Shown here: piece by piece, positions 31,302 through 40,222 of the stretch | Numbering within the stretch: the first letter of the stretch is position 1 | Layout of the letters: every line of letters begins with the position of its first letter | Source of the DNA: an uncultured bacterium | GTDB taxonomy: Bacteria; Bacillota; Clostridia; Christensenellales; UBA1242 | Assembly (NCBI GenBank): GCA_949474265.1 | Contig: CASXBC010000002.1 | Span: 48,926-112,925 of the forward strand | Direction: 5' to 3' | DNA: 64,000 nt | Translations under genes and position numbers: made by a program | The notes under the pieces: model-generated | What the model was told of the DNA's origin: nothing | The model's input: only the letters and a program-made list of their open reading frames with translations | Database searches by the model: none

Positions 31302-31637
31302 TTAAAACTTGTCAACATCTGGAGAGTCTTTCATATTTTCAATTAGGCTTTTCAAAAGTTTGATTTGCTCATCTGACATATGATATTCTTCTCTGCCTGT
31401 TCCACGACCAAACACAACGATTGTGTTTGTTTTTGGTGGGTCATAAGTGTTTGTTTTGCCAAGTAAATAATCAATCGACACATTAAAGAAATTTGCCAAT
31501 GTGGAAAGCATCTTAATATCTGGAATTGCCTTGTCTTGTTCCCATTTGCTTATTGTTGACCTATCTACATTTAAGATTTTTGAAAACTCATCTTGAGTTA
31601 GATTTTTGTTTTTTCTTAGTTGTTTGTAAATATTCAT
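31302..31637 (-). CDS. XRE-family HTH repressor
   Basis: 111 aa from MNIYKQLRKNKNLTQDEFSKILNVDRSTISKWEQDK. The track ORF extends further upstream into the promoter region. Confidence 0.85.
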   Translation of the reverse strand: MNIYKQLRKNKNLTQDEFSKILNVDRSTISKWEQDKAIPDIKMLSTLANFFNVSIDYLLGKTNTYDPPKTNTIVVFGRGTGREEYHMSDEQIKLLKSLIENMKDSPDVDKF

Positions 31638-31670
31638 AATACCAACCTTTAAACAAATTATAGGAATTAA

Positions 31671-31761
31671 ATTCACATTTTTCAATATTTTTTTAAAAAA
31701 ATGGTAAAAAGGGCTTGACATTCACATTTTTAAAGTTTAGAATGTGAATATAAATCACATT
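31671..31761. promoter_or_regulatory. Divergent switch region with four ATTCACATT-type operator copies
   Basis: ATTCACATT at 31671-31679 and 31720-31728. Inverted AATGTGAAT at 31741-31749. AATCACATT at 31753-31761. Confidence 0.6.
31715..31743 (+). promoter_or_regulatory. Rightward early promoter TTGACA-17-TAGAAT
   Basis: Hexamers read directly. Operator copies overlap the spacer and the -10. Confidence 0.6.
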
Positions 31762-31773
31762 TGGGGGTAAATT

Positions 31774-31998
31774 ATGAAACTTAAAGAACTTTTGAAGGTG
31801 TTAGACTTAGAAACTCTTTTCAAAGTGAGAGTTGATGGTGAAATTGGTTGTAAAACAAGCACATTATATCCGCCGACAATTCAATGTATGGAATTAAAGA
31901 ACTACATGGACAATGAAGTTGAGTCGGTTATGTGGACAGAACGCCATGGAATTGTGGTGCTTATTAGCAATGAAAAATCACCACAAGTGGGAGATTAG
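31774..31998 (+). CDS. Hypothetical early protein
   Basis: 74 aa. RBS GGGGG upstream. First gene after the rightward promoter. Confidence 0.55.
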   Translation: MKLKELLKVLDLETLFKVRVDGEIGCKTSTLYPPTIQCMELKNYMDNEVESVMWTERHGIVVLISNEKSPQVGD

Positions 31999-32000
31999 CC

Positions 32001-32189
32001 ATGAAAGTTTTAGTAGGATATGTGATTTCAAGAAAGACAGGGCAAGAGATGCCGATATATGAAGATTTTACAGAAGAAGACGCAAAACGCATTGAAGAAA
32101 GTCAAAACAATGCTCTTGCAGATATTTTGAAAGACTGCATCAAGCCACAGCTTGTGCAAAAGAAAATTGAAAGCGGAGGTGTGATATGA
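32001..32189 (+). CDS. Hypothetical early protein
   Basis: 62 aa; tightly packed with its neighbours. Confidence 0.5.
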   Translation: MKVLVGYVISRKTGQEMPIYEDFTEEDAKRIEESQNNALADILKDCIKPQLVQKKIESGGVI

Positions 32190-32296
32190 GTTTAAAAGGC
32201 TACAAGCAATTTTGCAAAGAAGAAGGGTTGAAAGAGTGCCGTTGGGAGAGTTTGCAAAGTTACAAGCATAAATGTGGAAAAGTCGAAGGGGTGTAA
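32186..32296 (+). CDS. Possible 36-aa ORF (below the ORF-track cutoff)
   Basis: Its ATG overlaps the preceding TGA (ATGA). RBS GGAGG. MSLKGYKQFCKEEGLKECRWESLQSYKHKCGKVEGV. Confidence 0.3.
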   Translation: MSLKGYKQFCKEEGLKECRWESLQSYKHKCGKVEGV

Positions 32297-32297
32297 G

Positions 32298-32537
32298 ATG
32301 GTAGATAAAAGATTTTTTATAGAGAACAGCTTTGTGTTTGTGTTGAAGTGGAAACAACCAAATTCACTTATGTTGCCAAATAGACCAAAGACAGAAGATT
32401 GTCACTTGATAGTCTGCAGTGAGAAAAAGGCAAGAGAAACTTATGCAGATTTCAAAAGAGATGAACAAAAGAAAAAGAAAGTCTGTACCGGACTTTATAA
32501 AGAGTTTGCAGATGGCTCAGAAGAACGCATTGCGTAG
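32298..32537 (+). CDS. Hypothetical early protein
   Basis: About 79 aa from MVDKRFFIENSF. RBS GAAGGGG. Confidence 0.5.
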   Translation: MVDKRFFIENSFVFVLKWKQPNSLMLPNRPKTEDCHLIVCSEKKARETYADFKRDEQKKKKVCTGLYKEFADGSEERIA

Positions 32538-32546
32538 GAGGGTTAT

Positions 32547-33236
32547 ATGTCATTTTGGAGTATGCCATTGCCAAACTACATAAAAAATTCCAAGTCAATT
32601 TCAAGTGATGAAAAGCTGTTGTTTCAAAGAATTATGGAAAACAGAAATCAACTTGGTTGGTGTGGTTTGACAAATAAAATTTTTGCAGGTTGTTTTAGTG
32701 TGTCAGAAAGGACAATATCTGCGTGGGTTTCAAATCTTGAAAGACAAGGTTTTATCAACATCACAAACAGCCGACACAACAAAGAAAGACACATCTATTG
32801 CAACATTCCAAAGAGAGCTCCAGCAATGCCAGATTACAATGTCAATATGTCGATTGATGATTATCTCAAAATTTTCACTCTTGCATTTCCAAGCAACGAA
32901 AATGACATCCAAGAAAATATCACAGTTGAACAGGCAAACTTCTTGCGTTCGTTCAGAACCCATTTTCCAAACAAGAAGATTGATTGCCAAATCACTTGCA
33001 AGAAGATAGACAACTACACAGAACTTATGCTTGCTTGCAAGAGAAGTCGATTTGTTTCAGAAAATGATAATCTTGGTCTTGCATGGGTATTGGCAAATAG
33101 TGAAGAAATTATTGCTGGGAGATGGAAAACTTTTGATGATTCTTCAGTTATTAAATCAAACTTTTCACAGGGTAGAAATTACACCAGAGAAGAAATGAAT
33201 GCTTGTTTACAAAGTATTGAGGATGTGGAGATATGA
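32547..33236 (+). CDS. Winged-helix DNA-binding protein (replication-organiser-like?)
   Basis: 229 aa. N-terminal region GLTNKIFAGCFSVSERTISAWVSNLERQGFI looks like a wHTH. No HUH or helicase motifs seen. Confidence 0.45.
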   Translation: MSFWSMPLPNYIKNSKSISSDEKLLFQRIMENRNQLGWCGLTNKIFAGCFSVSERTISAWVSNLERQGFINITNSRHNKERHIYCNIPKRAPAMPDYNVNMSIDDYLKIFTLAFPSNENDIQENITVEQANFLRSFRTHFPNKKIDCQITCKKIDNYTELMLACKRSRFVSENDNLGLAWVLANSEEIIAGRWKTFDDSSVIKSNFSQGRNYTREEMNACLQSIEDVEI

Positions 33237-33808
33237 AAGCACTTGTATTATTTGAGACTTCTGGTGCGGTGTCAGTTCCATTCCGTGAAGCTGGCTGGGA
33301 TGTGCTGACAATAGACATCTTGCCTCACAAAGTTGACAATGAACATCACATACAAGCTGACATCCGGGACATAGACAAACTTGGACTTGACTTTTCACAA
33401 TTTGACTTTCTTATGGCATTTCCTCCATGTACTTATTTTTCAAAAGCTGGACTTCATTATTTGAGAACGCAAGAAGGAAGAAAAGAGAAACAGATTGCTG
33501 ACTTAGAAATGGTAAAAAAATTATGGGAAATACCAATAAAACGAAAGTGTTTTGAAAATCCTGCTGGTAGTGCTTTAAACAAACTTTGGAAGAAACACTC
33601 TTGTCGTATTGATTATTGTCAATTTGCGGACTTTAAAAAATTGACTGATTTGTGGTTAGAAAATTTACCACCCCTTCTACCAGAATAAATCAATTTGAAA
33701 CGTTACGGAGAATTTATAAGCAGAATGAGATATGGTTCTTATAGAAGATGCTTAACACCTATAGAAGTGGTATATGCAATGGTTAAGCAGTGGGGGGGGG
33801 AGTTTTAA
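33233..33808 (+). pseudogene. Small phage-type DNA (cytosine-5) methyltransferase-like gene interrupted by an in-frame TAA at 33686
   Basis: Motif I-like LFETSG, motif IV FPPCTYFS, FENP, LWLENLPPLLPE, then TAA. A further 39 in-frame sense codons (..RRCLTPIEVVYAMVKQWGGEF) contain a G9 run. Confidence 0.55.
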
Positions 33809-33826
33809 GGATAGGGAGACAATTCA

Positions 33827-34042
33827 ATGAAAGAAAAACGACCGATGAACAAATGGCTCAAGAGAGTGATTATTTTGCTTGTCATTTTAGTTTTGTTAAT
33901 TTTCTTAGGACCTGTAGTTTTTTACTTGGGCAGTTATGTGCTTGAAGGGCTTAAATACTTGCTAGGATGGATAATTTGGCTTTTAAGATTTTTAGCTAAA
34001 CTTTTAGACTTTTTTCACTTTACAGGAATATTTGGAGGATAA
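33827..34042 (+). CDS. 71-aa double-TM protein
   Basis: Two hydrophobic helices (VIILLVILVLLIFLGPVVFYLG; LLGWIIWLLRFLAKLL). RBS GGGAG. Confidence 0.6.
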   Translation: MKEKRPMNKWLKRVIILLVILVLLIFLGPVVFYLGSYVLEGLKYLLGWIIWLLRFLAKLLDFFHFTGIFGG

Positions 34043-34045
34043 AAT

Positions 34046-35257
34046 ATGGCAAAAGAAAATTCAATTTTAAACAAAATAATTACATTGATTGCAGGTCTTT
34101 ACATCCCCATTGCCATTGTGGTACTTGGGTTTAATTGTTGGTTTATATATTACAAACTTGAATTAGAAGCAAACGTTTCTACACTTAAAACATCATTTAT
34201 AAATGATGCCACTTATAGTGGAGATGAGCAAGTTTTCTTTATGGAAGCAAATGTTTTTGATAATGTAGTTGAATGGAAATGGACTTATTATGTTGACACC
34301 TCGTTACCAAATCAAAAAGAGGACGGCTCTTTTGAAAGAAAATATATGTATTCCACAGGTGTACAATTTTACTCTCAAAATAAGGATGAGTGTTTTGTTA
34401 AAAAGGATAACTCAAATTTTTTCAAAGGTACAACACGACATTGGTACGAAACAAAGGATTGCACGTTTTATAGTACACCAGAGGGGATGGACTATGGTTT
34501 TGTTTCTCCAGATGAAGCAGAACTGAGAGACCAAAATAAGTGGGTTTGGGATATTGGTGGACAGCTTTGTCAGTTGAGAACGAAAGGTGATATACAATAT
34601 AACAAAATTTTATGGAAGAAACATACTTTGAGTTATGATGCAAATTACCTCATGTATACAAACATGGACTCTTTACTTTCATTTAAAGAGGGTGTGACAA
34701 TTACATACTTTGATATGTCAAAATTCTTTGATGTTGCATTGTATAACAAAGAGACAGGCAAGTTTGGTGAAGAAAATGTTGATGTAGATAAAAATATACT
34801 TGATGCACTGACTTTTGTTGCGGTTAAGGTAACAAAACATGATAGAGATATGGTCTCTTCAAGACAATCACTTTTTAAATTATATAAAGGTAATACAAAT
34901 TGGGAAGCAGATGGCTCAGATTCTTCACTTCAGTATTGGCAAGATAAAACAGTTTATACTGCTACAGCTAATGACTTTCAATTTATGTCTGCTGAAACAA
35001 AATATAATATTGAGTTAAAAAGCTCTTGCTTATATTATTTATCTAATTTTTCAGACGTTGTTGTTAGAATTGACATAAATCTCAACGACTTTGGCAGTGT
35101 TGCGGTGATTGGTTTTTCGGACAAGCCATTTGGAGAGTTGAATGTCTTAAGTGTAAATATTACAGCCACAGAACAAAGAGACTTCAGTATTCCGCAAAAC
35201 AAATGGACGATTACTACAACAAACATAAATCTCATTGAAAGGGGGACTGCAGTATGA
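34046..35257 (+). CDS. 403-aa membrane-anchored protein, unknown
   Basis: N-terminal TM IITLIAGLYIPIAIVVLGF. Large Trp/Tyr-rich ectodomain. 3-nt gap to the upstream gene. Confidence 0.65.
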   Translation: MAKENSILNKIITLIAGLYIPIAIVVLGFNCWFIYYKLELEANVSTLKTSFINDATYSGDEQVFFMEANVFDNVVEWKWTYYVDTSLPNQKEDGSFERKYMYSTGVQFYSQNKDECFVKKDNSNFFKGTTRHWYETKDCTFYSTPEGMDYGFVSPDEAELRDQNKWVWDIGGQLCQLRTKGDIQYNKILWKKHTLSYDANYLMYTNMDSLLSFKEGVTITYFDMSKFFDVALYNKETGKFGEENVDVDKNILDALTFVAVKVTKHDRDMVSSRQSLFKLYKGNTNWEADGSDSSLQYWQDKTVYTATANDFQFMSAETKYNIELKSSCLYYLSNFSDVVVRIDINLNDFGSVAVIGFSDKPFGELNVLSVNITATEQRDFSIPQNKWTITTTNINLIERGTAV

Positions 35258-35895
35258 AGAATGTGCTTTTAAAAATCAATTTTGATTTGTTTGGTGGTAT
35301 CAAAGAAACAATAATAACTTCTATAACAATACTTGCAGTTGTTGCCGGCATAATTGCGATTATCAAAGCAAAACATTTAAGACCTCTTGTGTACACAGTG
35401 TTTGCAGTTGCATGGTTGTTTACAGGTGTATTTTCAATTTCAAAGTATGTGTCATATAAAAACACAATCAGTTATGTGATTGGTACACCTGAGATATTTG
35501 AGCCTTATAAAGATTTCGACTTCTTGGAATACAATTTAAAAAATGTTGTGTGGGAGCCTAAAGAGGGTAGTTATATTTTTGAAGAGATATATCAAACATC
35601 AGCAAAATTTGAGGGAGAAGAAAAAAAATATTCAGTTATTGTAAACAATACACCGGCAACTTATTGCAATTCAGCAAATGGGCGACTTATTGCTAGATAT
35701 GAGAAGATTTTTAAAGACATTGATGGTGAGATTGATGCGGACATTACATTTAATATTCAAATAGTTTTTAAATCTTCGAGTATTACACTGAAAGTAACGT
35801 GTAATGCAACCGTAGATAATATTGGCATTGTAAGAGAGTATACAAATTTGAATGGACTACACATCAGAATAATTAAAACTGTATATTCGGCTTAA
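35254..35895 (+). CDS. 213-aa double-TM protein, unknown
   Basis: TMs ITSITILAVVAGIIAII and LVYTVFAVAWLFTGVFSI. 4-nt overlap with the upstream gene. Confidence 0.65.
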   Translation: MKNVLLKINFDLFGGIKETIITSITILAVVAGIIAIIKAKHLRPLVYTVFAVAWLFTGVFSISKYVSYKNTISYVIGTPEIFEPYKDFDFLEYNLKNVVWEPKEGSYIFEEIYQTSAKFEGEEKKYSVIVNNTPATYCNSANGRLIARYEKIFKDIDGEIDADITFNIQIVFKSSSITLKVTCNATVDNIGIVREYTNLNGLHIRIIKTVYSA

Positions 35896-35906
35896 AAGGA
35901 GAAGTT

Positions 35907-37526
35907 ATGAAAATAAAAAAAATAGTTACATGGATTATATTTGTAATAATTGTAGGTGTTGTTATTTTTGGAGTAACTTGGATTGGAATAAATTGGAAAA
36001 AAATCACATCCAAAAGTGAACTCTATACGCATGATGAGTATCTTCAATATGGTGAAGATAGATATCAAGCAGGACTTCAACAAGGCGAGGTATATAGAGT
36101 GCAACTTCTTGAATGTCAAAGAAAGCTTGCAGAGAACGAAAGTGAAACTGCTAAACTTGTTATTCAAGTGAATGATTTAATAAACAAAGGAAATGCTGAT
36201 GCAGAGATAATTGGCTCTTTAACTCTTAGAGTTGAGGAACTTCAGACAAATCTAGATGCTTCTCTTGAAAGTTTAGAAAATTTAAAACAAGAAAATGAAG
36301 AGTTATTGTCATCAAATGAAGCATTATCAAAAACAGTTTCATCTCTCGAAGTACAAGTGCAAAACTTGCAAAACGAGATTACAAGGTTTAATTGTTTGCT
36401 TGAAGCCTATGAGCAGATTGCTAATGAAACTGAAATGCTTGACTTTTATGATGATGATAATCCAAGTACTTTAGTTACAACAAAAGTTGTTAAGCATGGA
36501 CAAACTCTGAATGTATTGGATGTTCCAAATATGGAATCTACAGACAAGAGGGTTTTCAAGGGTTGGGCAAAAACAAAAGATGGTGAGGTTATTGATTTCT
36601 CAACTTATAGTGTTTTTGAGAGAGAAGTCTTTTATGCAGTATATACCTATTATTATGATGTTACCTTTTCAATGCCACATTACAGACCAAATGGACTATT
36701 GGATGAAGAGACAAGTACTCAAAGGGTAGAGAAAGGCTCGGTAGTTAAGTCGCCTTCGATTGAATTTGTTGGCTATATCTTTAATGGCTGGGAGTATGTT
36801 TTTAATGAACAAACCGGTACTAGATATGATGTCGATTTATCTAATTTTAAAATTGTTAGAGATATTACTTTCATAGCAAAACTTCAGCAGAAAACATTTG
36901 AGGAACTTACATGGTCTGAAATTTCTGGAATGTCTATTAGTGGAGGTTTGTCAAGTTGGCTTTCTGTTGGAGATGAAAGAGATATTGAGTTTGCGAATGG
37001 AGAAGTACAAACATTGGTTGTGTTAGGCATTAGCCATGACACAATAAAACGTGGAGGTACAGCTTTGTATTCAGATTCATGTGTAACTATTGGCTTAAAA
37101 AATTTAATGAATGGATTAAGTCAAGTAAATGATACAAAAACAAATGTTGGAGGCTATTCAAATTCAGCTATACGTGAATATTTGAACACTACAATATATG
37201 GGCAACTTCCAGAGGACTTGAGGTCAGTTATTCAACTGACAATAGGAAAGTCTGATACAGAGGATAAACTCTTTTTGTTAAGTGCTACTGAAGTGAGCGG
37301 ACAATCAAATTCTAATTATGCTGACGAAGGAAAGCAATATGATTATTTCAAAACACATGATTGGTCAAAACGTTTGTCAAATGGAGAGGGTGATGCACTT
37401 GAATATTGGTTGCGTACAACATATCTTGGAAATCAGTCTAATTTTATGTTGGTTGGTAAAGCAAACTTTATAACAACAACTGATGCAGATATGCTTTATG
37501 GTACTTGCTTTGCATTCTGTATTTAG
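35907..37526 (+). CDS. 539-aa membrane-anchored coiled-coil protein with B-repeat-like and DUF6273-like C-terminal domains (candidate adhesin or receptor-binding protein)
   Basis: TM IVTWIIFVIIVGVVIFGVTWIGI. Coiled coil about residues 60-170. FKGWAKTKDGEVIDF and FNGWEY repeats. C-terminal IREYLN..LFLLSATEV..YWLRTTY. Confidence 0.65.
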   Translation: MKIKKIVTWIIFVIIVGVVIFGVTWIGINWKKITSKSELYTHDEYLQYGEDRYQAGLQQGEVYRVQLLECQRKLAENESETAKLVIQVNDLINKGNADAEIIGSLTLRVEELQTNLDASLESLENLKQENEELLSSNEALSKTVSSLEVQVQNLQNEITRFNCLLEAYEQIANETEMLDFYDDDNPSTLVTTKVVKHGQTLNVLDVPNMESTDKRVFKGWAKTKDGEVIDFSTYSVFEREVFYAVYTYYYDVTFSMPHYRPNGLLDEETSTQRVEKGSVVKSPSIEFVGYIFNGWEYVFNEQTGTRYDVDLSNFKIVRDITFIAKLQQKTFEELTWSEISGMSISGGLSSWLSVGDERDIEFANGEVQTLVVLGISHDTIKRGGTALYSDSCVTIGLKNLMNGLSQVNDTKTNVGGYSNSAIREYLNTTIYGQLPEDLRSVIQLTIGKSDTEDKLFLLSATEVSGQSNSNYADEGKQYDYFKTHDWSKRLSNGEGDALEYWLRTTYLGNQSNFMLVGKANFITTTDADMLYGTCFAFCI

Positions 37527-37649
37527 AGACTTGTATATTGACTTACATAGTATCAAGAGATGGTGGGGAGATACTACTCACCACCAAAGGCGAGCAACAA
37601 GCTGGTACGACTCCTACTCGCCTTAATTTGAACAAAAGGAGGAGAAGAG

Positions 37650-37877
37650 ATGTCAAAAAGTAAGGCACAAAAGAGAAAGTTTGGTTTTGGCTCGTTTTGT
37701 GTTGGAGTTGCTTGTGTTGTTGCTCTTGGTGGTGTTGCGTTTGGAATTTACAAACTAGTTAAACACTTTGATAAGAAAGATACATCACAATCAGAAGAAA
37801 ATAAAGAAAATCAAGACCAATCTATTCAAGCAACCGCAGAATATAAAATAGCAGAAAAGCTAGTTGCTGGAATTTAA
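37650..37877 (+). CDS. 75-aa single-TM protein
   Basis: Basic N-terminus, TM FGSFCVGVACVVALGGVAFGIY, acidic C-terminus. RBS AAGGAGGAG. Confidence 0.6.
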   Translation: MSKSKAQKRKFGFGSFCVGVACVVALGGVAFGIYKLVKHFDKKDTSQSEENKENQDQSIQATAEYKIAEKLVAGI

Positions 37878-37950
37878 AAAATCAACATAAGCCTTAAAAA
37901 ATTATTCATTAAAATACCTAAAAATAAAACCAAGTTAAAAAGGAGTGTGT

Positions 37951-39177
37951 ATGCGAAAGAAAAAGAGAAAAGGAAAAGAAATTATAGGAGAGCCTATAAA
38001 GGAATATCCTTTGTCGCTTTTAGAAAGGATTGCACATAATCGACCATATTTAATTTGGTTTTTTTGGTCAGTAGTAACTGCAATGATTGTTGCTCCGACT
38101 ATTGTTAAAAACTATGAGAATTGGTGGTATTATCTGTTGATTGCACCTGTAATGTTTTTCTTTATCAAAGGGTGTATAAATTCAGTTAGACAAATTCACT
38201 ATTCAATTAGATGTTTTGTTAAAATATACGAGTATTGTAGAAATTCGTCGTCGTTTAGAATATTCTCAGGACCTCCCGGAACAGGAAAGTCATTTTGTGG
38301 AATGTTTTTAAGTTATATGAAAGCTTTGTATAATTGGCAAAAATTAAAGTTTAAATATTGGTGTATATGTAAGAAACTTAAAGATAAAGATTATAATCCA
38401 ACAGTTGATGAACTTGAAGTTATAGAGGCATATAAGTTTTATATTGAGAATGGCGGAGTTCCATGTTGGGGGTCAAATACGCCAGCTTATTCAAAAAAAT
38501 TTAAACGTTATTCTTATGATATAACATCAAGAATTGTGAGACAAGAAGAACGAGCACCATATATGCTTTCTGGGTTTTATGATGAATGGGGAACAGAAGT
38601 TTCTCTTGAACTTAAAGATGCTAGGAAATCAAATGCTTGTGGTGCTGCAAATATATCTGATTTCTGTAAATTCCCAAGACATTTTGGAGAATTAGAGTTT
38701 GTTGGTGGAGAGCAAGACCCAAACAATCTTTATAAAGATGCAAGGCGTGTTGTAGGGGAGATTAGGGTATATAACGGAAAAAAAGAATTGTTAAAACCAA
38801 GGTTTTTGATGTGGTTATATGAAAAGTTTGAAAAGCGTTTTACTAATAGAATGAGATATAGTGATGCAAAGTTGTTTTCTGGATTTATGGTTTTGTTAAA
38901 TAAATATATAAATGCTTGTGGGTATATGAAATTTACTTATAAAGTAATGGGAAATACTGAGACGGGTGCAAATGTTTCATTGAGTGAAACGGGGGAAAAA
39001 GAGTTTGTTTATATTCCTTGTGCTAATGATATTGTTTATCGAACTAGAGCATTTAGAGAAGCGTATCTTTGTAAGAATGATAAAGTTCGTTTGAAACCTT
39101 GGACAAGTTTGTATATGACGGAAGAGCGTGCTAGAAGTATGCTCAAAAGTGAAAATTTAGTAAAAAAAGAAGATTAA
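37951..39177 (+). CDS. Membrane-anchored P-loop NTPase
   Basis: Two N-terminal TMs (LIWFFWSVVTAMIVAPTIV; YYLLIAPVMFFFI). Walker A FSGPPGTGKS. Walker B-like SGFYDEWGT. RBS AAGGAG before the ATG at 37951. Confidence 0.7.
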   Translation: MRKKKRKGKEIIGEPIKEYPLSLLERIAHNRPYLIWFFWSVVTAMIVAPTIVKNYENWWYYLLIAPVMFFFIKGCINSVRQIHYSIRCFVKIYEYCRNSSSFRIFSGPPGTGKSFCGMFLSYMKALYNWQKLKFKYWCICKKLKDKDYNPTVDELEVIEAYKFYIENGGVPCWGSNTPAYSKKFKRYSYDITSRIVRQEERAPYMLSGFYDEWGTEVSLELKDARKSNACGAANISDFCKFPRHFGELEFVGGEQDPNNLYKDARRVVGEIRVYNGKKELLKPRFLMWLYEKFEKRFTNRMRYSDAKLFSGFMVLLNKYINACGYMKFTYKVMGNTETGANVSLSETGEKEFVYIPCANDIVYRTRAFREAYLCKNDKVRLKPWTSLYMTEERARSMLKSENLVKKED

Positions 39178-39196
39178 ATGCAACACATACCAATTT

Positions 39197-39237
39197 ACAT
39201 TCACATACACACACGGTGCGTGAGTGTGGGTGAATGT
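39197..39237. repeat. Strong hairpin ACATTCACATACACACAC / GAGTGTGGGTGAATGT
   Basis: Arms read directly. Both arms contain the switch-region motif ACATTCAC. Confidence 0.7.
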
Positions 39238-39428
39238 TTAAATAGATATAGTGTTGCTAAAATTGCTTATTTTACTAAATTTTCACATAGAACAAACAAC
39301 AAGCACCTCTGCCAATCAAATATAAAATCAAATACCAATTAAAAAATACTTTTATATAAAAAAGATTAACTAAATGTGAAAATTTAGATAAAGAAACAAA
39401 ATTGAAAATTTATAAAAAAATACTACTT

Positions 39429-39473
39429 GCCCGAACTTGTTCGGGCTTAAGATTTGCATTTGTGCAAATGCAA
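39429..39473. repeat. Two adjacent perfect hairpins (GCCCGAA-N4-TTCGGGC; TTGCATTT-N4-AAATGCAA)
   Basis: Read directly; lie just upstream of the RBS of the 39491 gene. Confidence 0.65.
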
Positions 39474-39490
39474 TTAAAGGGAGAGAGAAA

Positions 39491-39985
39491 ATGAGTGCAA
39501 AAGCAATTATTGTAATATCAATAGTAATAACAATTTGGGTTTGTATGATGGGATGTATTATATGGCTAAACCTAGCAGAAAAAGATGAAAAAACAAACAA
39601 AATTAAATTAAGAAAGTTCAAGAACTATTACATAGGCAGATTAGAGGCTTTGGAAGAGTATTGCAGTGTATCGAAAGAGATAAAAAAAAGATGGGGGTAT
39701 GTTTATATACACCTTCTAGGTTGTAAACAAAATAATCAACGACAAACAAAAAAGCAATGGAAAATAAGAAATTCAGAAGCATACAAGCTTGGATGGGAAG
39801 ACTTTGCAAACTTAAAAATGAGGAATATACCTACAGTTTGTCGAATGTGTGGACAGCCAAAACATGACTTCTATTGTTTAGGTAATTGTAGAAGTTGCAG
39901 AAGCTATAATGGCTCACAAGATTTGTTGTGGGAAGAAAAATCGAAAGAAGAGGTGAAAAAATTATGCAAATACATACATCATTAG
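39491..39985 (+). CDS. Membrane-anchored protein with C-terminal Cys-rich (zinc-ribbon-like) region
   Basis: About 164 aa from MSAKAIIVISIVITIWVCMMGCIIW. CRMCGQPKHDFYCLGNCRSCRSY. RBS AAAGGGAGAGAG. Confidence 0.6.
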   Translation: MSAKAIIVISIVITIWVCMMGCIIWLNLAEKDEKTNKIKLRKFKNYYIGRLEALEEYCSVSKEIKKRWGYVYIHLLGCKQNNQRQTKKQWKIRNSEAYKLGWEDFANLKMRNIPTVCRMCGQPKHDFYCLGNCRSCRSYNGSQDLLWEEKSKEEVKKLCKYIHH

Positions 39986-40222
39986 GAAAAAGAGAAGTGC
40001 CAGATTGTATGGCAAACGATTCCAAAAATATGTCTGACATTGAGCTTATTGAAACTCTACTTGAACAGAAAATAAGCGTTGGTCTGTCCTTATTGTATCA
40101 ATGTTAAAACATCAAGGGACAATCGTTTTAAGAGAGCAGATAACAAGAACTCTCGCAACAATGCTGATGCACATGGACTATTTAAACGGCGAAATTATAG
40201 ATGAAAGGAAGGTTATTGAAAT

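Noticed and set aside
33686-33688. The in-frame TAA as evidence for stop-codon reassignment in the element or host
   Set aside because: TAA terminates many well-supported genes in the window, for example groEL. TGA closes xth and comEC. A single internal stop is better explained by mutation.
31671-39237. Repeated ATTCACAT-type motifs as a possible CRISPR-like or tandem array
   Set aside because: The copies are few, irregularly spaced and in mixed orientation. They fit operators or hairpin arms, and no repeat-spacer periodicity exists anywhere in the window.
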